Source of the DNA: Granulicella sp.
GTDB taxonomy: Bacteria; Acidobacteriota; Terriglobia; Terriglobales; Acidobacteriaceae
DNA length: 64,000 nt
Assembly: GCA_027339965.1 (NCBI GenBank)
Contig: DAHWNL010000078.1
Span: 96,001-160,000 of the forward strand
Direction of reading: 5' to 3'
Positions 37,953 to 47,133 of the stretch are shown here, one piece after another (the stretch's first letter is position 1; each line of letters starts with the position of its first letter). The notes under the pieces are model-generated. The model did not search any database, was not told the origin of the DNA, and worked only from the letters and a program-made list of their open reading frames with translations. Made by a program: the position numbers and the translations under genes.

Positions 37953-39367
37953 GGGGTTCTTTCTTCTTGTTTTTAGCCGCTCTCAGTGCTTTTGCGCCTT
38001 CGCCCTCACGTGCCCTGCCGCCCCGCATAGTCCACCAGACGGAAGCCGATTTTCTTGTCACCGCTGCTCCCGTCTACGTCCCCCTGGCAGAGATGCACGG
38101 GCGGGAGCGATTCCCCCGCGGAGCACGGTTGCTGCTGGTCCACAACGGCAAGGCCGCGCCCCTCGTGACCGGCTTCGCAGATACCGCGGACCCCGATCTC
38201 TCCTTCGGTGGCCAGAGGGTGCTCTTTGCCGGCAAGCGCACCACCGCCGATCCTTGGCAGATCTGGGAGCTCAACCTCAAGAACGGCTCGTTGCGGAACG
38301 TCATCAGCACCGGAGTCGATGCCGAGCGACCGCTGTATCTGCCGGGCGGACGTATAGTCTGGGCGCAACGCACGGCCTCTGGATTCCGGATCGAGTCGGC
38401 TCCGGACGGCCATCCTCCCAAGGTACCGTTCCTGAACCCGACCGCCGGTCCCGGAGTGCTGCCCCTCACCTACATCCAGACCAACGCCTTTCCCACCACC
38501 ATCCTGGCCGACGGCCGCATTCTCTTCGAGTCCGGCTATCCGCTCGGAGAAGGCGCAGCCACTGACTTATTTGCGGTCTACGCTGATGGCTCGGGCGTGG
38601 AGGAACTCCGTCCCTATCAAGGCCGCTCCCGCTGGGGTGGCTCGCAACTGGCCTCCGGTGACGTGGTGTTCTCCCATGGAAGGTCGCTGGCGAGGCTCAC
38701 CTCCGCGCTGCTGCAGGAGGAGCCCATTGCCGCCCCCCAGGCCGCCTACGCCGGCACAATCGAGGAGACGCCTTCCAGCGAATGGTTGCTGAGTGCGCGC
38801 GCGACCGGCCAGACGCACTATGCAATTGATCTGTGGAAGCCCGGAACCGCTGCACTCCAGACCATCCTTTCAGAACGCGGCGAGGATCTTGTCCAGCCTG
38901 TCCTGCTGGCGCCTCGTACCCCGCCCAGACGATTCCCTTCAGACCTCCACCCTTGGAACTACGCCAATCTTCTGGCCCTCGACTCGCGCCTGTCCATGGA
39001 AGGCAATCTGAAATTGGCGCCCGCATCGGTCCGCCTGGAGAGCCAGGATCCGAATGGCCACATCCACAACAACGGAACCGCTCCGATCTATCCCGACGGC
39101 TCCTTCTTTGTGAAGGTTCCTGAAAACCTCCCGATTCGCTTCCTCCTCCTCGATAAAAATGGCGCCGTTCTGCGTCGCGAACGCGGGTGGTTCTGGAGCC
39201 GCGGCGGCGAACAGAGGATCTGCGTCGGATGCCATACGGGACCGGCACTCTCTCCTGAAAATCAAGTGCCTGAAGTGCTGCTGCACACCACTACCCCGAT
39301 GGACCTCACGCTTGACTCACCTCGCACACCCACGCGCACTGAGGTGCAGAAAGGTAATACGAGATGA
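37949..39367 (+). CDS. Exported hydrazine-synthase-alpha-like protein (TolB-like propeller plus HZS-alpha middle domain, one CxxCH)
   Basis: Signal peptide; DPDLSFGGQRVLFAG...WQIWE and PLYLPGGRIV propeller blades; DGSFFVKVP...PIRFLLLD...GEQRICVGCH middle-domain pattern. Confidence 0.72.
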   Translation: MRGSFFLFLAALSAFAPSPSRALPPRIVHQTEADFLVTAAPVYVPLAEMHGRERFPRGARLLLVHNGKAAPLVTGFADTADPDLSFGGQRVLFAGKRTTADPWQIWELNLKNGSLRNVISTGVDAERPLYLPGGRIVWAQRTASGFRIESAPDGHPPKVPFLNPTAGPGVLPLTYIQTNAFPTTILADGRILFESGYPLGEGAATDLFAVYADGSGVEELRPYQGRSRWGGSQLASGDVVFSHGRSLARLTSALLQEEPIAAPQAAYAGTIEETPSSEWLLSARATGQTHYAIDLWKPGTAALQTILSERGEDLVQPVLLAPRTPPRRFPSDLHPWNYANLLALDSRLSMEGNLKLAPASVRLESQDPNGHIHNNGTAPIYPDGSFFVKVPENLPIRFLLLDKNGAVLRRERGWFWSRGGEQRICVGCHTGPALSPENQVPEVLLHTTTPMDLTLDSPRTPTRTEVQKGNTR

Positions 39368-41130
39368 TCCTTCGCTCCCTGCTTCTTTTCTCTGCCGCCG
39401 TCTCGATCGCCGCAGCACAAAAAGCAGCGCCGCCGGCAAGATCCACCACGGATACCGCAAAAACAGCGGGACAACCTACCATCCGCTTTGAAGATGCTAC
39501 TGGGCAGTCCGGAATCCACTTCGTTCACAGCTTCGGATCCGCCAGGCTCAGTTCGCTGCTCGAAGGCACCGGAGCCGGCTGCGTATGGTTCGACTACAAC
39601 CACTCCGGCCGCAAGTCGCTCTTCGTCGTCAACGGAAGCACCCTTGACCCAGGCATGACGCACAACCCTCTGCCAACAAAGCCTGACCCGGCTCCGCATG
39701 CGCATCTGTACCGTAACGACGGGAACGGCCATTTTACTGATGTGACCGCTCAATCCGGCCTCGATCCCGATCTGTACGGTGACGCCGTCACCGTCGCTGA
39801 CTACGACAACGACGGCTATGACGACCTGCTCGTCACCGGCTACGGCAAAGTGATCCTCTACCACAACAACGGCAACGGCACGTTTACCGACGTTACCCGG
39901 CAAAGCGGCATCAAGGTTACCGGCTGGGCTATCGGCTCCACATGGCTGGACTACGACCGCAATGGCTGCGTCGATCTCTTCGTCGGCCGTTACGTCAAGT
40001 TCGACCCCGAATACCACTCGTATTATGCGGCCGATAACTATCCCGGGCCGCTCAACTATGCCGGCGAGTCCAACATGCTGTTTCACAACAACTGCGACGG
40101 CACGTTTACCGACGTCTCGGATAAGTCGGGAATCAGCGCCTTCGTGGGCCGCACCATGGGAGTGACCGCTGCCGACTTCGACAACGATGGCTGGGACGAT
40201 ATCTACGTCACAAATGACGATACGCCCAACTTTCTTTTCCACAACATGCACAATGGCACCTTCCAGGAGATTGCCAACAACGCTGGCGCAGCCTACGGAG
40301 AAGATGGCGAAGCCACTTCGTCCATGGGTCCCGTCGCAGCCGACTTCTGGAACCGCGGATTGTTAGACCTCTGGGTAACCGATGGGAGTTACAACCGCTT
40401 TCTCAAAAACCTGGACGCTCCGCAACTCGGGTCTTCCTCTGCCCATTCGGATTGGCATGGCTTCCAGGATGTTACCGCGGCAAGCGCCATCTCCCAGGTC
40501 GAAGCGCAATACGTCAGTTGGGGCACCGGCGTCTACGACTTTGACAACGACGGGCTGCTGGACATCCTGGTCTTTCACGGTGGCCTGACCCACATGATTC
40601 CAATGGAGCACACCCTCTTCCGCAGCCTGGGCAACGGCAAGTTTGAGGATGCCTCCCGCCAGGCAGGCCCCGTCCTGAGCGTACGTACTGTAGCCCGCGG
40701 AGCCTGCTTTGCCGACTACCGGAACGATGGAAAGGTTGACGCCTACGTGGTCAATCTCGGGTCGGAGGGAACGCTGCTTCACAACGTCTCTACCAACACC
40801 GGCCATTGGGTTGAAATCAAGCTCGTCGGCGCCATGAGAAAGGGCGATGCGGGTATACCCGTCGGAGATCCTGGAGCACGGAGCAACCGCGACGGCATCG
40901 GCGCTCGCATCCAGGTCGTCACCGGCGATGTGAGGCGCTCTGCGGAGCGAGTAGCCAGTTCCGGCTATCTCTCCCAGAATGAAGGACGCGTCCACTTCGG
41001 CCTGGGTACCGCTACGACCATTGACAAGCTGGTCGTCCGTTGGCCCAGCGGGATTGTGCAGACGCTCACGAACCAGCCGGCGGATCGCGTGCTCACGATA
41101 GCGGAACCGGGAAGAGGGGAGGCGCAATGA
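39364..41130 (+). CDS. CRTAC1/ASPIC-UnbV family FG-GAP repeat protein
   Basis: Repeated DYDNDG/DFDNDG Ca-binding blades; SNRDGIGARI, GYLSQ and VHFGLG...VRWPSG (UnbV domain). Confidence 0.9.
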   Translation: MILRSLLLFSAAVSIAAAQKAAPPARSTTDTAKTAGQPTIRFEDATGQSGIHFVHSFGSARLSSLLEGTGAGCVWFDYNHSGRKSLFVVNGSTLDPGMTHNPLPTKPDPAPHAHLYRNDGNGHFTDVTAQSGLDPDLYGDAVTVADYDNDGYDDLLVTGYGKVILYHNNGNGTFTDVTRQSGIKVTGWAIGSTWLDYDRNGCVDLFVGRYVKFDPEYHSYYAADNYPGPLNYAGESNMLFHNNCDGTFTDVSDKSGISAFVGRTMGVTAADFDNDGWDDIYVTNDDTPNFLFHNMHNGTFQEIANNAGAAYGEDGEATSSMGPVAADFWNRGLLDLWVTDGSYNRFLKNLDAPQLGSSSAHSDWHGFQDVTAASAISQVEAQYVSWGTGVYDFDNDGLLDILVFHGGLTHMIPMEHTLFRSLGNGKFEDASRQAGPVLSVRTVARGACFADYRNDGKVDAYVVNLGSEGTLLHNVSTNTGHWVEIKLVGAMRKGDAGIPVGDPGARSNRDGIGARIQVVTGDVRRSAERVASSGYLSQNEGRVHFGLGTATTIDKLVVRWPSGIVQTLTNQPADRVLTIAEPGRGEAQ

Positions 41131-43178
41131 ATCGTCTCGGACGAGGCCGACGCCAGCTACCATCCCATCCGGTGGCAGCTCTCTCTGCAGCACTTGCGGC
41201 GCTGCTCCTTGTTCTGCCGTGGCCCGGCCGCACCGTCCGCGCCGCCACTGCTTCTCCAGCCAGCCCGCTGCTGGGCTACGCCTCTCCGGTGGAGTTGCTG
41301 TTTTCGCCCGACGCAACGCGGCTTTATGTCCTCTGCCAGGATAGCGGCGAGGTGCGCGTGCTGAACGCTACAACCTACGCCCCCACCGCAACCATCGACG
41401 TGGGTCATGTGCCACGCGGATTCTTTCTCTCTCCCCATGGGAACAGGCTCTTCGTAACCAACTCCTGGGACGACACCCTTTCGGTCATCGACACCCGCGC
41501 ACTGAAAGTGGTGGCTACATGGCATGTCGGAATGGAGCCATCGAGCGTCATTGAGGGGCCTGCAGGCAAGCATCTCTATATCGCCAATCGCATCAGTAAC
41601 GACGTTGCTGTGCTGGACGCCCATACCGGCAGTGAGATCAAGCGACTTGCAGCCGGACGCGGAGCAAGCTACATGGCTCTCTCCCCCGATGGGCGGCGCA
41701 TCTACGTCTCTCATGTCTACCCCAACCCTACTCCTTACCGCACCCCGCCGGAGTCGGAGTTGACGGTGATTGACACGGCTACAGCAGAAGTGGTCCATCG
41801 TCTTCCTCTGCCCAGCATCGCCGGCGCCTTTCATATCGCGTTTACCCCCAACGGCAGCCTGGGCGTACTGGCGGAGATGCACCCCAAGAACATGGTTCCG
41901 GTCACCCAGGTCGAGCATGGCTGGGCCTTTGAAGATACACTCGAACTCTTTGGCTCCGCTGTACCGCATCAAGCAGTCGAAGTGCCGCTGGATGATCTGG
42001 ACAGCTATGCGGTGCGCCCCTTCGGCGTCGCCATCACGCCGGATGGTTCACGCCTTTACGTGAGCTGCGGTGGCTCGGACATCGTTACCGTCATCAACCT
42101 GTGGAACCTGCGCCGTTATCTTCACACCCACAGCGGGCCAATCGCGTATGATCTTGCCGCCAGCGCCCATTACGTCGTAGCCAGAATCTCCGTGGGCCAC
42201 GATCCACGCGGTGAGGTCGTCAGCGCCGATGGCCGTCGGTTGCTGGTAGCGAACCGGCTGGATGACACCATCAGCGTGATCGACACCGCCACCGGCAAGG
42301 TGGTCACTACCATCCCTCTGCCCCCATCCAGGCATCTGTGGGCAGAACGCTTCGGCCTGCAGATGTTCGCTGAGATGACCAACCCCTCTCCGGGGATGAG
42401 ACGTTGCCCAGCCTGCCATATCGACGAGCGCCATCGCAATGCTCAGAAGATGAACCTGACGCCACAGCAACTGCTGGCCGCCCTGCGGCGTGGCCAGCAG
42501 GCCTTCTATAGCGCGAACTACTCCTTTCATGGCGGCATGGGCTGTGCCAACTGCCACGTCGATACCACCATGGATGCGCTGTTGTGGAACTTTGAACCGG
42601 CTGGCCTGGGCCGGAACATCGTAGAAAACATGCTTCTGGAGGACATCCGCAACACCGCGCCGTACGATTGGACGGGCGTCAACCCCAACCTGCCCACCCA
42701 GTGCGGACCTCGTACCGAGTTATTCATCTGGCGCTCCCAGAACTACAACGCCCGCACCCTCGCTGATACAGCCGCCTATCTGAACAGCCTTCCGTCCCGG
42801 CCCAACCGCTGGCGTCTGCCCAACGGTCAATTCAGCCCCGCGCAGGAGCGCGGCCGGCAGATCTTTGATCGCACCGTAGACGACTTCGGCAAGCCCATCC
42901 CGCTGACCAACCGCTGCAACTTCTGTCACAGCGGTCCGCTGGGCACGGATAGCAGGAAGTTCGATGTAGGAACCAAAGGACCGTACGATACTACGGGGTT
43001 GTTCGTCACAGCGCAGTTGACTAACGTCGCACTCACCGCACCTTACCTGCATGACGGCTCTGCAGCAACCCTCGAAGAGATATGGACCACCCACAACCCG
43101 CATGACCAGCACGGTCGCACCAATGACCTGACCAAGAACCAGCTCAACGACCTGATCGACTACCTGCGGACCCGATGA
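41127..43178 (+). CDS. YVTN beta-propeller fused to a CcP/MauG-type cytochrome c (hydrazine synthase beta-gamma fusion-like), 3 CxxCH
   Basis: LFVTNSWDDTLSVID-type repeats; CPACH, CANCH and CNFCH; TAPYLHDGSAATLEE and DQHGRT C-terminus; start ATG 41127 overlaps the upstream stop. Confidence 0.8.
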   Translation: MNRLGRGRRQLPSHPVAALSAALAALLLVLPWPGRTVRAATASPASPLLGYASPVELLFSPDATRLYVLCQDSGEVRVLNATTYAPTATIDVGHVPRGFFLSPHGNRLFVTNSWDDTLSVIDTRALKVVATWHVGMEPSSVIEGPAGKHLYIANRISNDVAVLDAHTGSEIKRLAAGRGASYMALSPDGRRIYVSHVYPNPTPYRTPPESELTVIDTATAEVVHRLPLPSIAGAFHIAFTPNGSLGVLAEMHPKNMVPVTQVEHGWAFEDTLELFGSAVPHQAVEVPLDDLDSYAVRPFGVAITPDGSRLYVSCGGSDIVTVINLWNLRRYLHTHSGPIAYDLAASAHYVVARISVGHDPRGEVVSADGRRLLVANRLDDTISVIDTATGKVVTTIPLPPSRHLWAERFGLQMFAEMTNPSPGMRRCPACHIDERHRNAQKMNLTPQQLLAALRRGQQAFYSANYSFHGGMGCANCHVDTTMDALLWNFEPAGLGRNIVENMLLEDIRNTAPYDWTGVNPNLPTQCGPRTELFIWRSQNYNARTLADTAAYLNSLPSRPNRWRLPNGQFSPAQERGRQIFDRTVDDFGKPIPLTNRCNFCHSGPLGTDSRKFDVGTKGPYDTTGLFVTAQLTNVALTAPYLHDGSAATLEEIWTTHNPHDQHGRTNDLTKNQLNDLIDYLRTR

Positions 43179-43185
43179 AAGGACA

Positions 43186-44283
43186 GTGAAGATGAGAGGG
43201 GTGCTCAACAAGCTTTGCCTGGGCGTGGCGTTTGCGGCCTCTGCGGCCTCAGCGTCTGCCGTGGCGCCAAAGCCGCCCGAAGTGCCACACTACCGCTTTG
43301 TCAACTACACCGTCGCGAACGGCCTGCCCAACAATCACGTCTACTCGGTTCTGGTGGATGGAAGCCGCGTCTGGGCTGGTACGGACGATGGCCTCGGCCT
43401 CTATGAAAATGGCAGGTGGAGAACTTTTACCACCAGGGATGGCCTGGCGCAGCAAGCCGTGCTCTCGCTGGCGCTCGACAAGCAGACCGGCGACGTGTGG
43501 GCCGGAACGATGGGTGGGCTGAATCGCATCTCCGGCGGCCGCATCATCGCTACCTACACACAATTGAACTCAGGACTCAGCAACGATATCGTGTACGGTG
43601 TATCCGTGGAAGGCAGGAATGTGTGGGTTGCCACAGCCGCCGGAGCCTGCCGGCTGAACCTGGATACGAACCAATGGTCGATCTATACCGACGAAAATAC
43701 CCCCATGAAGGAGATCTGGGTCTACGGCGTCTCAGCCGCATCGGACAAAGTCTACTTCGCTATCTGGGGAAGCGGTCTGCTCGAATATAACCAGCAAACC
43801 AGGCTCTGGGATATCTACGATGACCCCGACCACGAAACCGATCTTGTGCTCTTCAAAAACCAGGGGCTCATCCACGACATCGTATCTTCCGTCAGTTATG
43901 TTGATAAGACCGTCTGGGTCTCCACTTACTTCGGTGCCAGCCGCTACAACGGACGGTATTGGCATAACTTCCTCACCAAAGATAGCGGCCTGCCCTCGAA
44001 CTTCATCAACTACCTGAAGGCAGCAGACGCTAATCATGCGTGGTTCTGCACTGACCAGGGGCTGGCGTTCTATGACGGAGTCAGCTGGGCCGTCTACACG
44101 CCATCGCTCGCCACCGGCAAGCCGGAGATGTGGATGCGCGACGCCCAGGCTCATATCACCCACATTCCCGTCACCACCGCACCCGCCAGCAATTACTGCC
44201 TCGGTATCGATTTCCAGGGCCGCGATATCTGGGTCGCAACCGCCGGCGGACTAAGCCACGGAATCTTCCAACCGCAACCATAA
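43186..44283 (+). CDS. Exported beta-propeller protein (two-component-regulator-propeller-type repeats)
   Basis: Signal peptide; repeats GLPNNHVYS / VWAGTDDGL / GLSNDIVY / VWVATAAG. Confidence 0.75.
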   Translation: MKMRGVLNKLCLGVAFAASAASASAVAPKPPEVPHYRFVNYTVANGLPNNHVYSVLVDGSRVWAGTDDGLGLYENGRWRTFTTRDGLAQQAVLSLALDKQTGDVWAGTMGGLNRISGGRIIATYTQLNSGLSNDIVYGVSVEGRNVWVATAAGACRLNLDTNQWSIYTDENTPMKEIWVYGVSAASDKVYFAIWGSGLLEYNQQTRLWDIYDDPDHETDLVLFKNQGLIHDIVSSVSYVDKTVWVSTYFGASRYNGRYWHNFLTKDSGLPSNFINYLKAADANHAWFCTDQGLAFYDGVSWAVYTPSLATGKPEMWMRDAQAHITHIPVTTAPASNYCLGIDFQGRDIWVATAGGLSHGIFQPQP

Positions 44284-44295
44284 GGAGGTATCACT

Positions 44296-44796
44296 ATGAG
44301 CCCATTGACTGAACTTCTCGAGAGCATTGCCCACGCACCGGTCAGGAAACACGCCATTACCAACTACGGCGTACTGAATGAAGCCTACTGCTATGACAAG
44401 CCGAGTTCCTTTTCACGCGGCATGAGAATCGATCTCGGCCAGGTATCTATCCTGCTCATCTCCGGCACGGCTTCCATTGACGAGCACGGCAAGAGCGTCC
44501 ACATCGGTGACTTCCGCGCGCAGATGCGGCGCACGCTTTCCAATATCACCGGCTTGTTGGCCAGTGAAGGCTGCACCTGGCACGATATCGTACGGACCAC
44601 CTGCTACCTGCGAGACATCGAGCGCGATTACGAGGCATTCAACGAAGAACGTACAGCGTTTTACAAACAACTTGCACTCGACCCTCTGCCCGCTTCGACC
44701 GGCATTCAGGCAATCCTCTGCCGGCCGGAGCTGCTGATCGAAATCGAGGCCATCGCCATGTTCCGCAACGTTCAGACGGCCACCGCCAGGGAGTAG
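44296..44796 (+). CDS. Rid/YjgF-family protein resembling FkbO/Hyg5-type chorismatase domains
   Basis: AYCY, SFSRG, ISGTASI, PASTG and LCRPELLIEIEA; lacks the RidA PAR Arg; TAAGGAGG RBS. Confidence 0.7.
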   Translation: MSPLTELLESIAHAPVRKHAITNYGVLNEAYCYDKPSSFSRGMRIDLGQVSILLISGTASIDEHGKSVHIGDFRAQMRRTLSNITGLLASEGCTWHDIVRTTCYLRDIERDYEAFNEERTAFYKQLALDPLPASTGIQAILCRPELLIEIEAIAMFRNVQTATARE

Positions 44797-44801
44797 CCGC
44801 G

Positions 44802-46964
44802 ATGGTACAGAGATGGTTCGAGCGTTCTCCCTGTTACCGGGTACTCCGGGGAGAGCGAGTCGGCGCGTTTTCCGTTGGAAAAACCCATGCTCCTGTCGAT
44901 GCCCCGCGTTACCCCTGCCGGGGAGTCGCTCCAGCGGCCGCGGCCTGCCTTTGCCTGGCAGGCGTTACGCTTGCTTCTCGGGCTCAGCAGGCGCATCCGT
45001 CTCCGGCTGTGCCTCCTGCTCCACCGGCTATTTCCCACGCAACGGACTCCTGGTGCTCCTGTGGCGCTCATCCACCCGGCCCGGAACCGCTTTGGACTTC
45101 CAGGCCCTACGCCAATGTTCCACCGGACATGAAGCCCTACGCCAGGTTCGCCAAACCGTACTATCACTACTACACCCAGCCGACCATCTGGAACGGGCCG
45201 GGGCGCGATACACCCGCTCCCGCAAATCTCACCGAGGTGCGCATAGGTTTCGTCGGCCCCATCTCCCCGACCGATCCTGATTACACCATGGGTATGCGCA
45301 TGTTGCATGGAGTGCAGTTGGCCGTGGAAGAGGCAAACGCCCGTGGCAGCTACGGAGGCAAACCTTTCCGCCTGATGCTGCACGACGACTACAACAACTG
45401 GCAGGCAGCGGCGGTCGCCGGCCAGGCTCGTCCTACCAATCCTGCCATCTGGGGCGCTGGCTTGGATCCAGCCGTCAAGTGCATCTACGACGACAAGGAC
45501 TGGGCCATCTTCGGCTCCATCAACTCAGAGACCACCCACGAGATGTTGCGCCTCTCCCTCAAAGCCGAAATCCCCATCGTCAACTCGGCTTCCACAGACC
45601 CCACCATCCCGGAGACCTCCGTCCCCTGGTACTTCACTGATCTCCAGGATGACCGCGTCCAGGACTACACGCTGGCGCGCCGCATCTACACCGAACTGGG
45701 CCTCCAGCGGGTGGCTATCCTGCGCGTCAACAACCGCTATGGCCGCATGGGCGTCTTCAAATTTCGCGATGTCTCGCGCCGACTCGGCCATCCCGTAGTC
45801 ATCGAACAGACATTCGCGGCTGGAACCACGGACTTCACGCAGGAACTGAGAAGCATCCAGGACTCGCGCGCCGACGCCATTCTGCTTTGGAGCGATGAAG
45901 CCCCCGCGGCAATGATCCTGCGGCAGATGCGCGCCATGGGGATGAAGCAGCGCGTCTTCGGCTCATATCGCACGCTGGGCCCCACCTTGCTGGCTCAGGC
46001 AGGTCCGGCGGCAGAGGGGTTTGAAGCTGCGTTTCCCTATGATCCCAACCGCAACAACCCGCGGTGGCTCGCCTTCAATCGCCGCTTCGAAGCCCGCTTC
46101 CACGAACCGCCCGATTCGCTTGACTCCCTGGCCTACGATGCCATGAACATCCTGCTCGACGCCATCTGCAGGGCGGGCCTGAATCGTGTGCGCATTCAGG
46201 ACGCGCTAGACAACGTGCGGCAGTACGACGGAGTGACGGGGCACATGGTCTTCGATCCTAACCAGAAGAACGTAGCTCCCATGTACCTGGGCACGGTGCA
46301 CCATGGCGCCATCACCTACCGGCTCGCCCCACTTTCGGAGCTACCCCTTGCCGGGCAGTCCACAGGCGCCCAGGCTCAGGCCAGCCAGAAGCCTGCTCTC
46401 CATCCCGCGGCAGTGCCCATTCCCTATGCACGCGTCGGTGAGGATGGCATCCATTATTTCGGGCCGACACAGCCCAGCATACCGCTCGGCCCGGTGCGCG
46501 CCATACTCATCGGGCCCCAGGCTCAAAAACTGGCACAGTCGCCCGCGATCAAGGCGGAGTTGGCTGCTGCCGCGCAAAAGGGGCGCGCCTGGATGCTGCT
46601 GCCTGTGGACAGCGACCAGCAGTGGGGCGCTGCATCCACCCAGTTGGTTCGTGACTTGTGGAACGAACACCCTCTGGCAATCATTGCTTTCGGCAGCAAA
46701 GCCGGTCATCTGTCGGAACAGTTGGCGCTGAAGACCTTTGTCCCGGTTGTGGCCGTCTCCGACGACCGGACTCTGACCTCCGCGGCCGTGCCATGGATCT
46801 TCCGCCTCCCGACGGGAACCTCCGCGGTGGCCGCGCTGCATCTCCTCGCAGACGCTGAGGCTCGCGGAGGGCCCAATCCCGAACGGGTCAGGAATGTGCT
46901 GGCCTCGGGAGATCTGATCTCAGGATTCGCATTTCTTCCCAGCGGAGATCTGCGCAAGCCATAA
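44802..46964 (+). CDS. Periplasmic solute-binding protein (branched-chain amino acid/type 1 PBP fold) with an extra partial PBP domain
   Basis: VRIGFVGP...GVQLAVEEANARG, AIFGSINS and LAYDAMNILLDAI...GVTGHMVFD; start uncertain. Confidence 0.78.
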   Translation: MVQRWFERSPCYRVLRGERVGAFSVGKTHAPVDAPRYPCRGVAPAAAACLCLAGVTLASRAQQAHPSPAVPPAPPAISHATDSWCSCGAHPPGPEPLWTSRPYANVPPDMKPYARFAKPYYHYYTQPTIWNGPGRDTPAPANLTEVRIGFVGPISPTDPDYTMGMRMLHGVQLAVEEANARGSYGGKPFRLMLHDDYNNWQAAAVAGQARPTNPAIWGAGLDPAVKCIYDDKDWAIFGSINSETTHEMLRLSLKAEIPIVNSASTDPTIPETSVPWYFTDLQDDRVQDYTLARRIYTELGLQRVAILRVNNRYGRMGVFKFRDVSRRLGHPVVIEQTFAAGTTDFTQELRSIQDSRADAILLWSDEAPAAMILRQMRAMGMKQRVFGSYRTLGPTLLAQAGPAAEGFEAAFPYDPNRNNPRWLAFNRRFEARFHEPPDSLDSLAYDAMNILLDAICRAGLNRVRIQDALDNVRQYDGVTGHMVFDPNQKNVAPMYLGTVHHGAITYRLAPLSELPLAGQSTGAQAQASQKPALHPAAVPIPYARVGEDGIHYFGPTQPSIPLGPVRAILIGPQAQKLAQSPAIKAELAAAAQKGRAWMLLPVDSDQQWGAASTQLVRDLWNEHPLAIIAFGSKAGHLSEQLALKTFVPVVAVSDDRTLTSAAVPWIFRLPTGTSAVAALHLLADAEARGGPNPERVRNVLASGDLISGFAFLPSGDLRKP

Positions 46965-47133
46965 GTCCCCGCTTCGCCTACGTAGCAAAAGAACCACTGG
47001 CTGGAGCCAGTCCGGAGAAAGTGGCCGCATAGGGAAGACAACCTCCTTCCTCCCGGGGACGGTCTCCAGCGGTCGGGTACCTCTGTACCACTGGTCGTGC
47101 TGGCAGATTGGCGTTTGCAGCGCCGGCAAACGC

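Noticed and set aside
37949..43178. Calling this a true anammox hzsABC cluster
   Set aside because: The alpha-like protein lacks the Tyr ligand, the Zn-binding Cys and the second heme. No HAO/HDH is in the window, and the flanking genes look like those of a heterotrophic acidobacterium.
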